From: Promethearchaeota archaeon | Lineage (GTDB): Archaea; Asgardarchaeota; Lokiarchaeia; Sigyniarchaeales; SOKP01 | Direction: 5' to 3' | NCBI GenBank assembly: GCA_048938025.1 | Contig: JBHLMP010000014.1 | Location: 1 to 38,101, forward strand | Length of the DNA stretch: 38,101 bases | Part shown: positions 1-9,913 of the stretch, piece by piece | How the letters are laid out: every line of letters starts with the position of its first letter | Numbering within the stretch: the first letter of the stretch is position 1 | Notes under the pieces: generated by a model | Database searches by the model: none | Told to the model about the DNA's origin: nothing | Seen by the model: only the letters and a program-made list of their open reading frames with translations | Made by a program: the position numbers and the translations under genes

Positions 1-3000
1 TAGCTTCTTCTTCTAAATCAACACTAAAGATATCGGTGATCCCACTCTGTTGCATTGAAACTCCATAGATTCTATCTGCATTAACAATGTTTTCCTCACG
101 ATGGCTTATCACCATAAATTGAGCTTGAGATGCAAATTCTTTGATAACCATACTAACCCTATGAACATTTGGACCATCGAGAGCTGCATCAATTTCATCC
201 ATAATGTAGAATGGAGCGGGATAAAACTCTTGAACTGCGAATATAAAAGATAAGGCGACCAAAGTTTTTTCTCCACCGCTAAGAATTTCCAGACTCGAAA
301 TTTTCTTCCCACGAGGTCGAGCTTCAATGCTAATCCCTCCTTCAAAGGGTTTATCAGGGCGATCTAGGATCATTTTAGCCGAACCACCAGGACTAAGCTT
401 CTGGAAAATTCTACTGAACTCTCTATTTATTTCATGGTAAGCTTTCATGAAGGTCCTTGTCTTCTCAAGTTCTATTTTATCTATTGCGTCTAGGATCGCC
501 TTGCGTTCACGTTGAATAGTCTGTCTTCGCATATCTATCTCATCAAATCTCTCTTTTACGGCATCATATTGTTCAATGGCTTTTAAGTTGACTGGTTCAA
601 GAGCTTTTTTCTTCGTTGTTACGTCCCCAATATCTGATTGTAATTCAGCTTCTGTTAAATCCTGAGTGACAGGAGGGAGTGAACCATATTCTTTAGACCT
701 CTGGAATAGAGTCTCTATTTGATCAGTACAAATTATTTTTTTAGATTCATAATTATTTATTTTAGCATTTTCCATAGAAAGATCTGATTTAAAATCATTT
801 AAGATTTTTTGATATTGCTTTTGCTTTCTCCATGATTCGTCCTTTTCCAGATTGAATTCATCGATTTCTTTTTGTTTTACATCTTTTTTTCCATTTTCAC
901 TATTAAGTTGTTCCTTAAATTTTTCTAGTTCTTCTAAAATTGAGTCTATTTGTTTTTCAGTATCTTTAATATCTTGATTTAATTCTGAAATTTTTTGTTC
1001 TCTTTCCTTATTTTTGTTTAGCTCATTAATTTGGCGTTGATATTTCTGTAAATCTTTATTTAATTTATTTAATTCTTTTTGAGCTGCTTTTTGTAATTCT
1101 ACTTCTTTAGTTTTTTCATTCCTCAAGGAATCTATAGTCTGTTGTTTTTGATCAACATTTTTTTGAATTTCATCTACTTGAGAATTGAAATTTTCAATAT
1201 TGTTGAGACAGAGTTCAATTTTATTGTTAGCATCTATATTCTCTTTCTTAATATCTTCAATTGAATTAATAATTCTCATCACATTTTCAAGTGCTCTTAG
1301 GCGATCCATTGTATCTTCTAATAACTCATTTTCCTTGTCTATTTGTTTCCTTAAACTTTCTGTTTTTTCCCAAAATTTTTCTTTTTCTAAAATTAATGCT
1401 TCAATTTTGTTTTGTAAGGTATCTTGTTCTGTATGAATTTGTTTTATGCTTTCTTCTGTATTGATAATTGAACTTTTTTTGTCCTCAATAATATTATTTA
1501 ACTTTCCTATGTCATTATCAATTTCTGTAATATTTTCAAATAGATTTTGGATTCCGTGCAATTCTTGAAGATTTTCTCTTAAATCTTCTAATTCTTTTTG
1601 TTTTTTATCAATATCATCTTGAGTCTTCGAAATATTTTCCCAGTAAGTATCTTTTAGTTCTTTTAATTTATTTATCTCAATTTCTAATTTTTCTGTTTCT
1701 TTTTGCTTCTCATTGACTAATTTCTTTCTTTCTTCAATTTCTAATTCAGAATTTTTAATTTTTTCATTTAATTCCTTATTTCTTCCATTAATTTCTTCAA
1801 GTCTTCTTGTTAATGTTGACAAGGTTTCTGAATTATGTTTTTTTAGAAGCCTTAATTCTGACAATTTTATCTCCGCATTATTAAAATCATCACCTTGTGA
1901 TTTAATGTTTTCAGAGAGATCTTCTAGTTGTTTATATAAATCTTGACTTTTTGACAATGTTAATTTTCTTAATGAAATATAGACATTTTCAAGAATTTCC
2001 ATTAAATCCTGTACAAAACTATCAAAGGTTGAGGTTGATTCTTGTACTTCTACATCAGCTGATTCTTTAACTCTATTAATTAATTGATCAATTGTTGAAT
2101 CTGCATTATCAGTAAATAATTTTAAAGTTCGGAGGATAGAATTTAACATGTCCGACATTTCAGATGATTGTTCAGCATCCATACTAATCCCCTCAACACT
2201 TTTCATGATATCTAAAATATCTAGAATAAACTTTTTGAAATCTTCAGCAGAGGCCTCAATTGCTTCTGCATTTGATAATTGGATGTTACTTTTAATAGAT
2301 TCGACAGAAATGTTAATATTTTGAGTGAGCATATTTAAAATTTGAAGAATTCCAGTTATATCTCGGGTATTTTTCTCATATTCTTCTTCAGAAGATTCAA
2401 TTTTTTCTAATAAACTATCTCTTTCCTTTGTAAGTTCTTCTAAACGTCTTTGAATGTTCTGACTTTTAGAATTAAATTTTTCTGTATCTTTTTCTATTTT
2501 TGATAGATTGCTATGTAGAGAATTAATTTGCACTTCTGAATTACCCTTTTCACGCTCTAATTTTGTTAATTCTTTTTTAAAAATTTTTAATTCTGTATTA
2601 ATATTATCTATTTTTGCATTATTATCATGAATTTCTGAATCAATTGAAGATTCTTTCATCTTTAATAGTTCTAGATTTTGTTCATTACTCCTAAACATTG
2701 AGTTTTCTTTTTTTAAACCTGTTTTTAATTCACTCAATTGTTTGTTAATATTTTCATTTTCTTTCAATAAACCTTTTACAACTTCTTCTGTGTCTTTACC
2801 TTTACTTAAATCTCTAATTTTATTCTCAAAAGATGTTTTTTTATCATTTAAATCTTGGATTGTATTTTTATTCATACTAATTTCAGTATTCAATGATGAT
2901 AATGTAGATTGTAGAAGAACTGATTTTGAATTTAGTTGATTTTTTTCTTCTTGAATAACATTAATGTTAGTTTCTAACTCTTTTTGTTTTTGATTTTCTT

Positions 3001-4405
3001 CATTAATTTTAGTTTTTAAATCTTCAATTCTCTTTCTAATTTGGTTTTCAGTTTTTTTTGCCTCATCAATAGCTTCATCTATACTTTCAGCTTCTCTCTT
3101 CAATTTGTTCAATTCAGTTTCTAATTTAATTTTCTTATCTTCATTCTTTTTTATACTTTCTCTAAGAAGCTTTATCTGGGTATTATTTGATGAGATATTT
3201 TGTTGTATTTTTGAAATTTCCGCTTTAAATTGTGATTTTTCATCCTCATTATTTTTAATTTTTATATCAAACTCAGATTGATTTTGTTGTCTTCTTTCAA
3301 TTTCCTTTTTAGCTGCTTCGAGGTGATTTTCACACTCAGAAATTTGACTAGATACATCTTGTATTAAAGAATCATAAGTTTGTCCTTCCTCAAGTACCAT
3401 TAGTAAATTCTCTAAATTTTTTATTTCTTGGGTCAATTTATCTATTGATTTTTTAGCTAAATCTAAAGTAGTTTGACTTGAAGATAATTGTGTCTTTAAA
3501 TTTGTTATATTTTCGTTTATTTCTTCTCTTTCCTTTTCTCTATCAGTAATTGTTTTCTGAATGTTCTCCATAACTAATGATTCTTGTTTTAGGATATCTT
3601 CTTGTCGAGAGATCTTTTCTTTCAGTTCTTCAATAATTTTTGAAGATTCTTCAACCTTTTTTTCTAATTCATCTTCTTCTTTTCGTAATTTTGAAATTTT
3701 TAAAGCAATTAATTTTGAATTTAAGAAATTAATTTGTTGATCTAATTCTTTCCAAGCTAAAGCATCATTTTTTTCTTTTTCAACTTTTTTAAGCTGAGCA
3801 GAAACTTCTTTAAAAATTGCTTCAAACTGCCCTAAATCTCTTTCTGCTTTTTCTAACTCTTTTAAACTGGAATCTTTCATTTCGTCATATTTCTGAAGTC
3901 CAATTAATTCTTCAATGAATAATCTTCTCTCTTCTGCATTCATATGGGTTAATTCAACAATTTTACCTTGAAGAACGAATTGGTTACTACCATCTGGATC
4001 TACATTAGCTGCTGCTAAAGCATTGAGAATCTGTTGACGAGTAGATTTTTGACCATTCATTTTATACCCCCCACCACCCCCTTTTTTAATGGTTCGTGTT
4101 ATTTCGAATGTTTCGGTACTCCCGGGAAAAACATTTTCTGAATTATCAAAATACATTGTCACAGAAGCTCTAGTCGAGGGATTTTTTCCTTTAGCGCCAG
4201 CAAAAATAAGATCTTCCAAACTTTTTGCTCTCATAGTCTTCTTACTTAGTCTGCCTAAAGCAAAACATAACGCATCTATAATATTAGATTTTCCTGCACC
4301 ATTTGGTCCAACAATACATGTGAAACCACTTGAAAATTTGATTGTTACTGTTCGTTCTCCAAACGATTTGAAACCAGTCATAGAGATTTTTTTAATATAT
4401 GTCAA
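1..4405 (-). CDS. smc: Chromosome segregation protein SMC (3' end runs off window; >=1468 aa; no canonical hinge)
   Basis: Absent from the ORF track because no stop lies in the window. TTG at 4405 with GGAGAT upstream gives MTYIKKISMTGFKSF. Walker A GPNGAGKSN, Q-loop FVLQG, long coiled coils, signature LSGGEKTLVAL, Walker B/D-loop YIMDEIDAALD and H-loop VISH. The N-terminal, central and C-terminal segments I translated share one frame. Confidence 0.95.
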   Translation of the reverse strand, partial: MTYIKKISMTGFKSFGERTVTIKFSSGFTCIVGPNGAGKSNIIDALCFALGRLSKKTMRAKSLEDLIFAGAKGKNPSTRASVTMYFDNSENVFPGSTETFEITRTIKKGGGGGYKMNGQKSTRQQILNALAAANVDPDGSNQFVLQGKIVELTHMNAEERRLFIEELIGLQKYDEMKDSSLKELEKAERDLGQFEAIFKEVSAQLKKVEKEKNDALAWKELDQQINFLNSKLIALKISKLRKEEDELEKKVEESSKIIEELKEKISRQEDILKQESLVMENIQKTITDREKEREEINENITNLKTQLSSSQTTLDLAKKSIDKLTQEIKNLENLLMVLEEGQTYDSLIQDVSSQISECENHLEAAKKEIERRQQNQSEFDIKIKNNEDEKSQFKAEISKIQQNISSNNTQIKLLRESIKKNEDKKIKLETELNKLKREAESIDEAIDEAKKTENQIRKRIEDLKTKINEENQKQKELETNINVIQEEKNQLNSKSVLLQSTLSSLNTEISMNKNTIQDLNDKKTSFENKIRDLSKGKDTEEVVKGLLKENENINKQLSELKTGLKKENSMFRSNEQNLELLKMKESSIDSEIHDNNAKIDNINTELKIFKKELTKLEREKGNSEVQINSLHSNLSKIEKDTEKFNSKSQNIQRRLEELTKERDSLLEKIESSEEEYEKNTRDITGILQILNMLTQNINISVESIKSNIQLSNAEAIEASAEDFKKFILDILDIMKSVEGISMDAEQSSEMSDMLNSILRTLKLFTDNADSTIDQLINRVKESADVEVQESTSTFDSFVQDLMEILENVYISLRKLTLSKSQDLYKQLEDLSENIKSQGDDFNNAEIKLSELRLLKKHNSETLSTLTRRLEEINGRNKELNEKIKNSELEIEERKKLVNEKQKETEKLEIEINKLKELKDTYWENISKTQDDIDKKQKELEDLRENLQELHGIQNLFENITEIDNDIGKLNNIIEDKKSSIINTEESIKQIHTEQDTLQNKIEALILEKEKFWEKTESLRKQIDKENELLEDTMDRLRALENVMRIINSIEDIKKENIDANNKIELCLNNIENFNSQVDEIQKNVDQKQQTIDSLRNEKTKEVELQKAAQKELNKLNKDLQKYQRQINELNKNKEREQKISELNQDIKDTEKQIDSILEELEKFKEQLNSENGKKDVKQKEIDEFNLEKDESWRKQKQYQKILNDFKSDLSMENAKINNYESKKIICTDQIETLFQRSKEYGSLPPVTQDLTEAELQSDIGDVTTKKKALEPVNLKAIEQYDAVKERFDEIDMRRQTIQRERKAILDAIDKIELEKTRTFMKAYHEINREFSRIFQKLSPGGSAKMILDRPDKPFEGGISIEARPRGKKISSLEILSGGEKTLVALSFIFAVQEFYPAPFYIMDEIDAALDGPNVHRVSMVIKEFASQAQFMVISHREENIVNADRIYGVSMQQSGITDIFSVDLEEEA

Positions 4406-4593
4406 ATTAAATCTCCAATTCTTCGTTTATTATTAAAAAGATAGAGTAATTCCATCTTTATATATATATTAGACACTATTAAAAAAAAATCTGATTTATA
4501 TTTTCAATTTATTTTGCTATTTAGATATTAAAAATTTTTTCGAAAAAGTCAAATGTACAAAGGTATTATTTTTTTTAGAATAATATGTTAATT

Positions 4594-5784
4594 TTATTTA
4601 TTAAAGATCGCATCTACTATAGCTTTTAGGTGTTTGGGGTTTAGTGCCATGAAGAAGGAATCGTAATTTAAAGTATTATTCAATAGATACGGTTTCCTTC
4701 TGACTTGATTTTTTTTTGAACCACTTAAAATTCCAAAACTTAGCAATCTTTTAATTAATTCGTTGAACTCATTCAAACTTTTTTTATATTCTAAAGATTC
4801 ACAAGAAATATCATATAATTCCTTTAACTCATTCAAAGAAATATAATATTTCAACTTTTTCAAGAAATAATTTGCTAAATTGTCAAAAAATATTATTGTT
4901 AAAAAATCTTCTTCAGAAACATAATTAAGAATGCTAAATTCATCAGAAATTTGAATAGAATCGAATTCATTTTGGCACATATCTATTAGTTCAAAATTTT
5001 TGAAATTTTTCTTATCTATTAATAAAGGATATATATCTCTAAGGATTTCAATACCTTTTCCTGGTACAGGTACATAATGTTCACAAATTAGATCTGTTAT
5101 ATATCTAATTAACTCTTTATCTATTTCATGAGTAAAGGTTAGGGATACTCGTTGTTTAAGAATAGTGTACAACTCATTATAGCTAAAAAATTCTAATTTT
5201 TTTTTTAGATCAAATTCGCTTAATAAATCTAAAGTAGAAGGTTTTAAAATTTTATTTACTGTAGAAATCAATGTTATATTTGTTTCTTTTCCAAAATGCA
5301 GAAATTTCTTATAGATTTCTGGCTGCAAAGATTCAATATTATAAAATAAAAAGAATAGATTGCAATTTAGTTTTTTACATGCTAATTTAATCATATTCCA
5401 TAAATGAGAAATCTTTGAAGTTAAAATTGAATTAAAATTAAAGTTAAAATTTAAAAAATGATTTAACTCTGTTAATATTGAAAATATCAAATCCTCAAGA
5501 CTCTTTTCTTTACAGTCAATACAAATTTTATGAATATCAGTTAATTCCTTATTTTTAGTTAATAGATCTTTCAAGACTTTATTAACGATGACTTTTTTAC
5601 CAATTCCTTGAACTCCTTGATACAATATATTAAGATAAAATTTATCTGAAATTGAATCCTTTAAAATGGAATATAATGATTTTTCTTCTTTTTCTCTATA
5701 TAATAATTGAGGGGGTACATAATTTGGATCAAAAATAGCTTTTGGTCCTACATATTCATTAAAATTTTTTGAATCTACAATCAT
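4594..5784 (-). CDS. Orc1/Cdc6-family AAA+ protein with degenerate Walker motifs
   Basis: N-terminal IFDPNYVPPQLLYREKE is typical of Cdc6/Orc1. Walker A GVQGIGKK, Walker B region FLFYNIE, YSYNEL-like FSYNELYTILKQR segment and a C-terminal winged-helix-like region. Confidence 0.85.
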   Translation of the reverse strand: MIVDSKNFNEYVGPKAIFDPNYVPPQLLYREKEEKSLYSILKDSISDKFYLNILYQGVQGIGKKVIVNKVLKDLLTKNKELTDIHKICIDCKEKSLEDLIFSILTELNHFLNFNFNFNSILTSKISHLWNMIKLACKKLNCNLFFLFYNIESLQPEIYKKFLHFGKETNITLISTVNKILKPSTLDLLSEFDLKKKLEFFSYNELYTILKQRVSLTFTHEIDKELIRYITDLICEHYVPVPGKGIEILRDIYPLLIDKKNFKNFELIDMCQNEFDSIQISDEFSILNYVSEEDFLTIIFFDNLANYFLKKLKYYISLNELKELYDISCESLEYKKSLNEFNELIKRLLSFGILSGSKKNQVRRKPYLLNNTLNYDSFFMALNPKHLKAIVDAIFNK

Positions 5785-5920
5785 TTTTGCTATTTAATTG
5801 AATTTTAATTTTATATTTAAGATTATATATTTAAACCCCACCCACAGAGAGTGGTGACTAAAAGTAAAATTAAAAACTTGTTATGAGAATATAAAAGATT
5901 TTTTATGAAGTGAGTTGATG

Positions 5921-6886
5921 CTATTCAAAACTCTCCAACAAATTTTTTAAGTTAGCAGCTAATATTGGTAGATACTCGTAGGATTTGCTTTGAATCCTTT
6001 TATTTAAACAAAGCGCAATAAGATATAATCTATCGTTGTTTATTTCTAATTTTCTTAAAAAAATTATACCTTCTCTAGATTGCGCTTCTCTAGACTGTTC
6101 TAAGCTATTTTGAGGAAATTCGATATTCGTTATTATATCTTTCGTATCAATATCCCATTCTTCTAATTTTTCCAATGCATTTGTTAATCGGGGTGCAATG
6201 GCTTCACAAATTTCCTGATAAGCTTCGTTGGTAGCTCTACTTGCGATTATGAAACAGTTTTGATCCAAAAGAAGAGTAGAACTGGTGTATGTTTTACTCA
6301 TATAATCTCTTAACAAAGATTGGAGTAATTTTGATTTCTCAGTAGCTGAAAATACTCCATCTGAAAATGCTTTTAATAAGCTAGAATCATCATAAATAGA
6401 AGTCCTATAAAAAGAGTATTTTAGATTTTTAATTAGCGATTTTATTTTATTTTCTAAAAGGAGTATATTATCTTTCATTTCCTTTTTGTTTTTAATGTCA
6501 GGGTCATATTTATGGAATAGGATTAATAATTGAAAGTTATCGGGGTGATTATCTATAACAATATTTATAATATCTTTAAGATAAATCAGTGCCTCATCAA
6601 ATTTATTTTGACTTTGTATATCAATTACATAAAAAATTGATTGCATTTCAGTAAAATATTTACTTTTATTGTCTAAATATATCTTTCTATAACGCTTTTG
6701 ACCACCTAAATCCCAGCGTGTAGTAGAGATGCCTAAAAGCTTGTTAGTATGTGATGTTCTTTTTGCTTTGATAGTAGGGGCAATTGATGTTAGTAAACTA
6801 AACTTTTTATCTAATACTAATAAGATTGATGTTTTTCCCGCATCTTCAAGACCGCATAAAAGAATTTTCATTTCCAAAAAAAGCAA
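5921..6886 (-). CDS. Arf/Rag-type small GTPase with C-terminal roadblock/longin-like domain (start may be ATG 6871)
   Basis: G1 GLEDAGKTS, G2 PT, G3 WDLGGQ, G4 HKYD, G5 TSIYD, plus a ~140-aa C-terminal alpha/beta extension (LLLDQNCFIIAS). Confidence 0.85.
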   Translation of the reverse strand: MLFLEMKILLCGLEDAGKTSILLVLDKKFSLLTSIAPTIKAKRTSHTNKLLGISTTRWDLGGQKRYRKIYLDNKSKYFTEMQSIFYVIDIQSQNKFDEALIYLKDIINIVIDNHPDNFQLLILFHKYDPDIKNKKEMKDNILLLENKIKSLIKNLKYSFYRTSIYDDSSLLKAFSDGVFSATEKSKLLQSLLRDYMSKTYTSSTLLLDQNCFIIASRATNEAYQEICEAIAPRLTNALEKLEEWDIDTKDIITNIEFPQNSLEQSREAQSREGIIFLRKLEINNDRLYLIALCLNKRIQSKSYEYLPILAANLKNLLESFE

Positions 6887-6972
6887 CTCTCCTATTTAGT
6901 TAAAATATCAAAATAATGTTATATAAGAATGCAATGTTAATAATTTTTAGAATTGTGTATAAAATAAGCAAT

Positions 6973-7791
6973 TCAGTTATTTACAATTTTCACTTTAATT
7001 TTACTTTTTTCAATTTTTTCCTTAAATCGAATTTTCCTTAATTTTTCTGGAAAATCTAAATCAATATCATCAAAAATATATCCATTTAAATTAGAAGGAC
7101 CTTCAACTATTTTAAGTTTCGATGGTGAAACCTTTCCTTCAACAAAAGAAATTATTTTACTTTTCCCAATAAATTCCCTTCTGGAAAAAGTTCCAAAAGT
7201 ATTACAAGCTGCAATAGGAATTCTATTTTCAAGAGAGCGTGCTTTCAAATAAGTATCCCAATTATCCATTCCTTCCCGCCTTATTTGAGTGGGAGAAAGT
7301 AAAAGATCAGCACCATTCTCAGCAGCTAATCTAGGTGTTTCAAAAAAAGCCATATCAAAACAAATAAGAATTGCAAAATAATACAAATTTTTAATTTTAA
7401 ATAATTTTAAAACCTTTCCTGGTTCAAATTGTTCGCGTTCATAAGAATAGAGATGAATTTTATCTTGGTGACCTACTTCTTCACCTCTTTCATTAAAAAA
7501 ATAGCAAGTAATATGTGGTTTTTCTAAATCATCACGTTTCTCCCATATTCCTCCTGATAAAATGTTTATATGATATTCATTAGCTAAATTTTTAATAAAT
7601 GAATAATCATCTCCTCTTTCTTTTTGGAAATTTTTAGTAGAATTGGTATAAAAAGGCACCCATCTTTCAGGTAAACATATAATGTCACAATTATTAGTTT
7701 CTTCTAACAAACTTTTTATTAATTCTTCTACTTCAAAATAACAGTTATCTCTACTTTGAAATATTTTGGGTTGAATACAAGCAACTTTCAT
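6973..7791 (-). CDS. Carbon-nitrogen hydrolase (nitrilase family)
   Basis: E-K-C catalytic triad motifs: ICLPE, DKIHL, ICFD; also ARSLEN. Confidence 0.92.
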   Translation of the reverse strand: MKVACIQPKIFQSRDNCYFEVEELIKSLLEETNNCDIICLPERWVPFYTNSTKNFQKERGDDYSFIKNLANEYHINILSGGIWEKRDDLEKPHITCYFFNERGEEVGHQDKIHLYSYEREQFEPGKVLKLFKIKNLYYFAILICFDMAFFETPRLAAENGADLLLSPTQIRREGMDNWDTYLKARSLENRIPIAACNTFGTFSRREFIGKSKIISFVEGKVSPSKLKIVEGPSNLNGYIFDDIDLDFPEKLRKIRFKEKIEKSKIKVKIVNN

Positions 7792-7811
7792 TATATTTTT
7801 CGTTCAATTTT

Positions 7812-8555
7812 TCATTTATTATTTATTTCAATTATTAAATCGAAAATTTCATTCAAATTTGATATTTCGTAATTAGGTATTAATTCATTAGAAATTTCGT
7901 TCCCTGTTTCATATGTATCATATTTACCTCCTCGATGAATATAAATAGTAAAAATATCATTTAAACGAGCTGGAACGATATCTCTATCTATTCGATCTCC
8001 TATATAAACAGTTTCTGAGCCTTTTACACCAAATTTCTTTAAGCAGTAATCAAATAATCTTGGATTTGGTTTCTTAATTCCGATTTCATCTGATATAACT
8101 ACTAGGTCTATTAATTTATCAATCTTAAGCCTTAATATTTTTTCGTATTGTTTAATGGGGATACCATCACTTATTATAGCAGTTTTAATTCCCATACTTC
8201 TTAATTTTTCCAAACAAGGCTTTACATCGTCATATAATTTTATGGAATCAATTTTTTCTTGATGATAAGCTATTACAGCAGCAGCAATATATTTATATTT
8301 TTCATTACTAGATATTTTATAATTTTCAAATTCATTTAATCGTCGAATAAAGTAATTGTAATGTTTAGAAAAATTAGATCCATATTCTTTTACAATATCT
8401 TGGATTTTTTTAATAGCCTCCCTTCTATCAATTTCTAGGCCTAAATCAATCATTGCATCAATTCCTTTTATTCTAGCTCTTTCAGAAAGGGCAGTTGAAT
8501 CAAAAAGGCAATCGTCTAAGTCAAATCCAACTAATTTAATTTTATTATTGATCAT
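7812..8555 (-). CDS. HAD-superfamily hydrolase (subfamily IA)
   Basis: FDLDDCL motif I, ISDG motif II, KKP motif III, YIGDRIDRD motif IV. Confidence 0.93.
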   Translation of the reverse strand: MINNKIKLVGFDLDDCLFDSTALSERARIKGIDAMIDLGLEIDRREAIKKIQDIVKEYGSNFSKHYNYFIRRLNEFENYKISSNEKYKYIAAAVIAYHQEKIDSIKLYDDVKPCLEKLRSMGIKTAIISDGIPIKQYEKILRLKIDKLIDLVVISDEIGIKKPNPRLFDYCLKKFGVKGSETVYIGDRIDRDIVPARLNDIFTIYIHRGGKYDTYETGNEISNELIPNYEISNLNEIFDLIIEINNK

Positions 8556-8755
8556 AATATTAAGTAGAAATTTCCTTTATGTTTTAGAAAATCAATATAA
8601 TAAATTGATTCTATTTATTACTAAACTATTGTTAATAGATGTTTAAATAAGATAAATTTATTTATCTTTAAGAATATATAATCTTTAATATTTAATTTAT
8701 TTTGAGTTTTTACACCTAAAAATAACTATACTGTTTGTAAAAAGAAAAAATATCC

Positions 8756-9892
8756 GTGGAGATTCATTATTTGAAAACAACCGTCACGCTTTCTTATTTT
8801 CATAGGAAGATTGGACCCTTAATATTCTATTCATATCCCAAAGATACGTTAGAGAAGGATTTAGAAGTCAAAATAGCTAATATTATGGACCAGCAATTTA
8901 ATGAAGGCTTTTTTACACACTCTTTTGAAAATTTAAAATCATTGAATTATTATTTTGAAATTCATTCTGATTGGGCTCGTGGTAATAAGGAAATGTTAAT
9001 GTTTTCAATAATAATTGATCAACAAATTGCACCTTCGATTGAGGAAATTATAGCAAATTTGTGTACAGAATTTTCAGAAAGATTACAATCAAATGAGGAG
9101 ATTTTTACAGGTTTTTATATAAATGAGAAAGACTATCATGAAGAAGATGTTGAAAAGATAACGAAAAATAATTCTTTAATAAAAGCATGGGTAAAGAACT
9201 TATATTGGGCAATAATGGATGAAACACGAGAAAAAACTGAAGAACAGAAAATAGCAATTCTAATAAATAATCAGCATATTTTTAAAACCTTAGAAAAACT
9301 CTCAAAAGCTCCTGTGGAACTGGAAGAACTAAGAGAATGGTTTATTGAAAATTTTCCTGATAAAGAATTCGAAGAAATAATCAATACATTGGTTGAGAAG
9401 CAAATTATTATTATAAATCAAATTGGTTTAGTAGAGAAGTATGTACTTTTATTAAAAGAAGTAAATGCTGAGAGAATTCCACCTGATAGCGTAATAGAAT
9501 ATATTGATGACAAGCCAGAGTTAATAGATTTGCTACTTCCAAAAGTTCAGGAATATTTTAGTGAATATGAAAAAAAAAAAGAAGGAGAGCTAAAAAAAGA
9601 TTCCTATATATTATTTCAAATAATGGCAGATTCAAAAATGTATAATGTTCTTTCTGAATTGCGCAATAGTTTAATATCAAGAGATAAATTACCCAAATTA
9701 CTGTCTAAAAAATCTTTAGATTCTCTAATGGAAAACATAGAATATTTAAAGGAATATGATGTCATCGAAGAGTTAAATTATAATAATGAACGGTATGTTG
9801 TTTTAAAAACAAATCTACGTATAACTACTGCCTTTCCAGAATGGATGAGAAAATTATTACCAAAAGAGTCCAAAAAAGATAATTCTAAATAA
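8756..9892 (+). CDS. Longin/uDENN-like N-terminal domain protein with winged-helix-like C-terminal regions
   Basis: LSYFHRKIGPLIFYSYP resembles the F-H-x2-(L/I)-G-P...Y-x-x-P N-terminus of NPRL2/uDENN longins. Two later helix-plus-beta-hairpin segments look like winged helices. Confidence 0.6.
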   Translation: MEIHYLKTTVTLSYFHRKIGPLIFYSYPKDTLEKDLEVKIANIMDQQFNEGFFTHSFENLKSLNYYFEIHSDWARGNKEMLMFSIIIDQQIAPSIEEIIANLCTEFSERLQSNEEIFTGFYINEKDYHEEDVEKITKNNSLIKAWVKNLYWAIMDETREKTEEQKIAILINNQHIFKTLEKLSKAPVELEELREWFIENFPDKEFEEIINTLVEKQIIIINQIGLVEKYVLLLKEVNAERIPPDSVIEYIDDKPELIDLLLPKVQEYFSEYEKKKEGELKKDSYILFQIMADSKMYNVLSELRNSLISRDKLPKLLSKKSLDSLMENIEYLKEYDVIEELNYNNERYVVLKTNLRITTAFPEWMRKLLPKESKKDNSK

Positions 9893-9913
9893 TCTTTCAA
9901 TTCAGGATGAAGA

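Noticed and set aside
109-4436. Track ORFs 109-345, 1185-1436, 1713-1946, 2742-2939 and 4089-4436
   Set aside because: Out-of-frame or antisense shadows of the smc gene.
4406-4593. AT-rich gap between the cdc6-like gene and smc as a replication origin
   Set aside because: No repeated ORB elements seen, and AT richness matches other intergenic regions.
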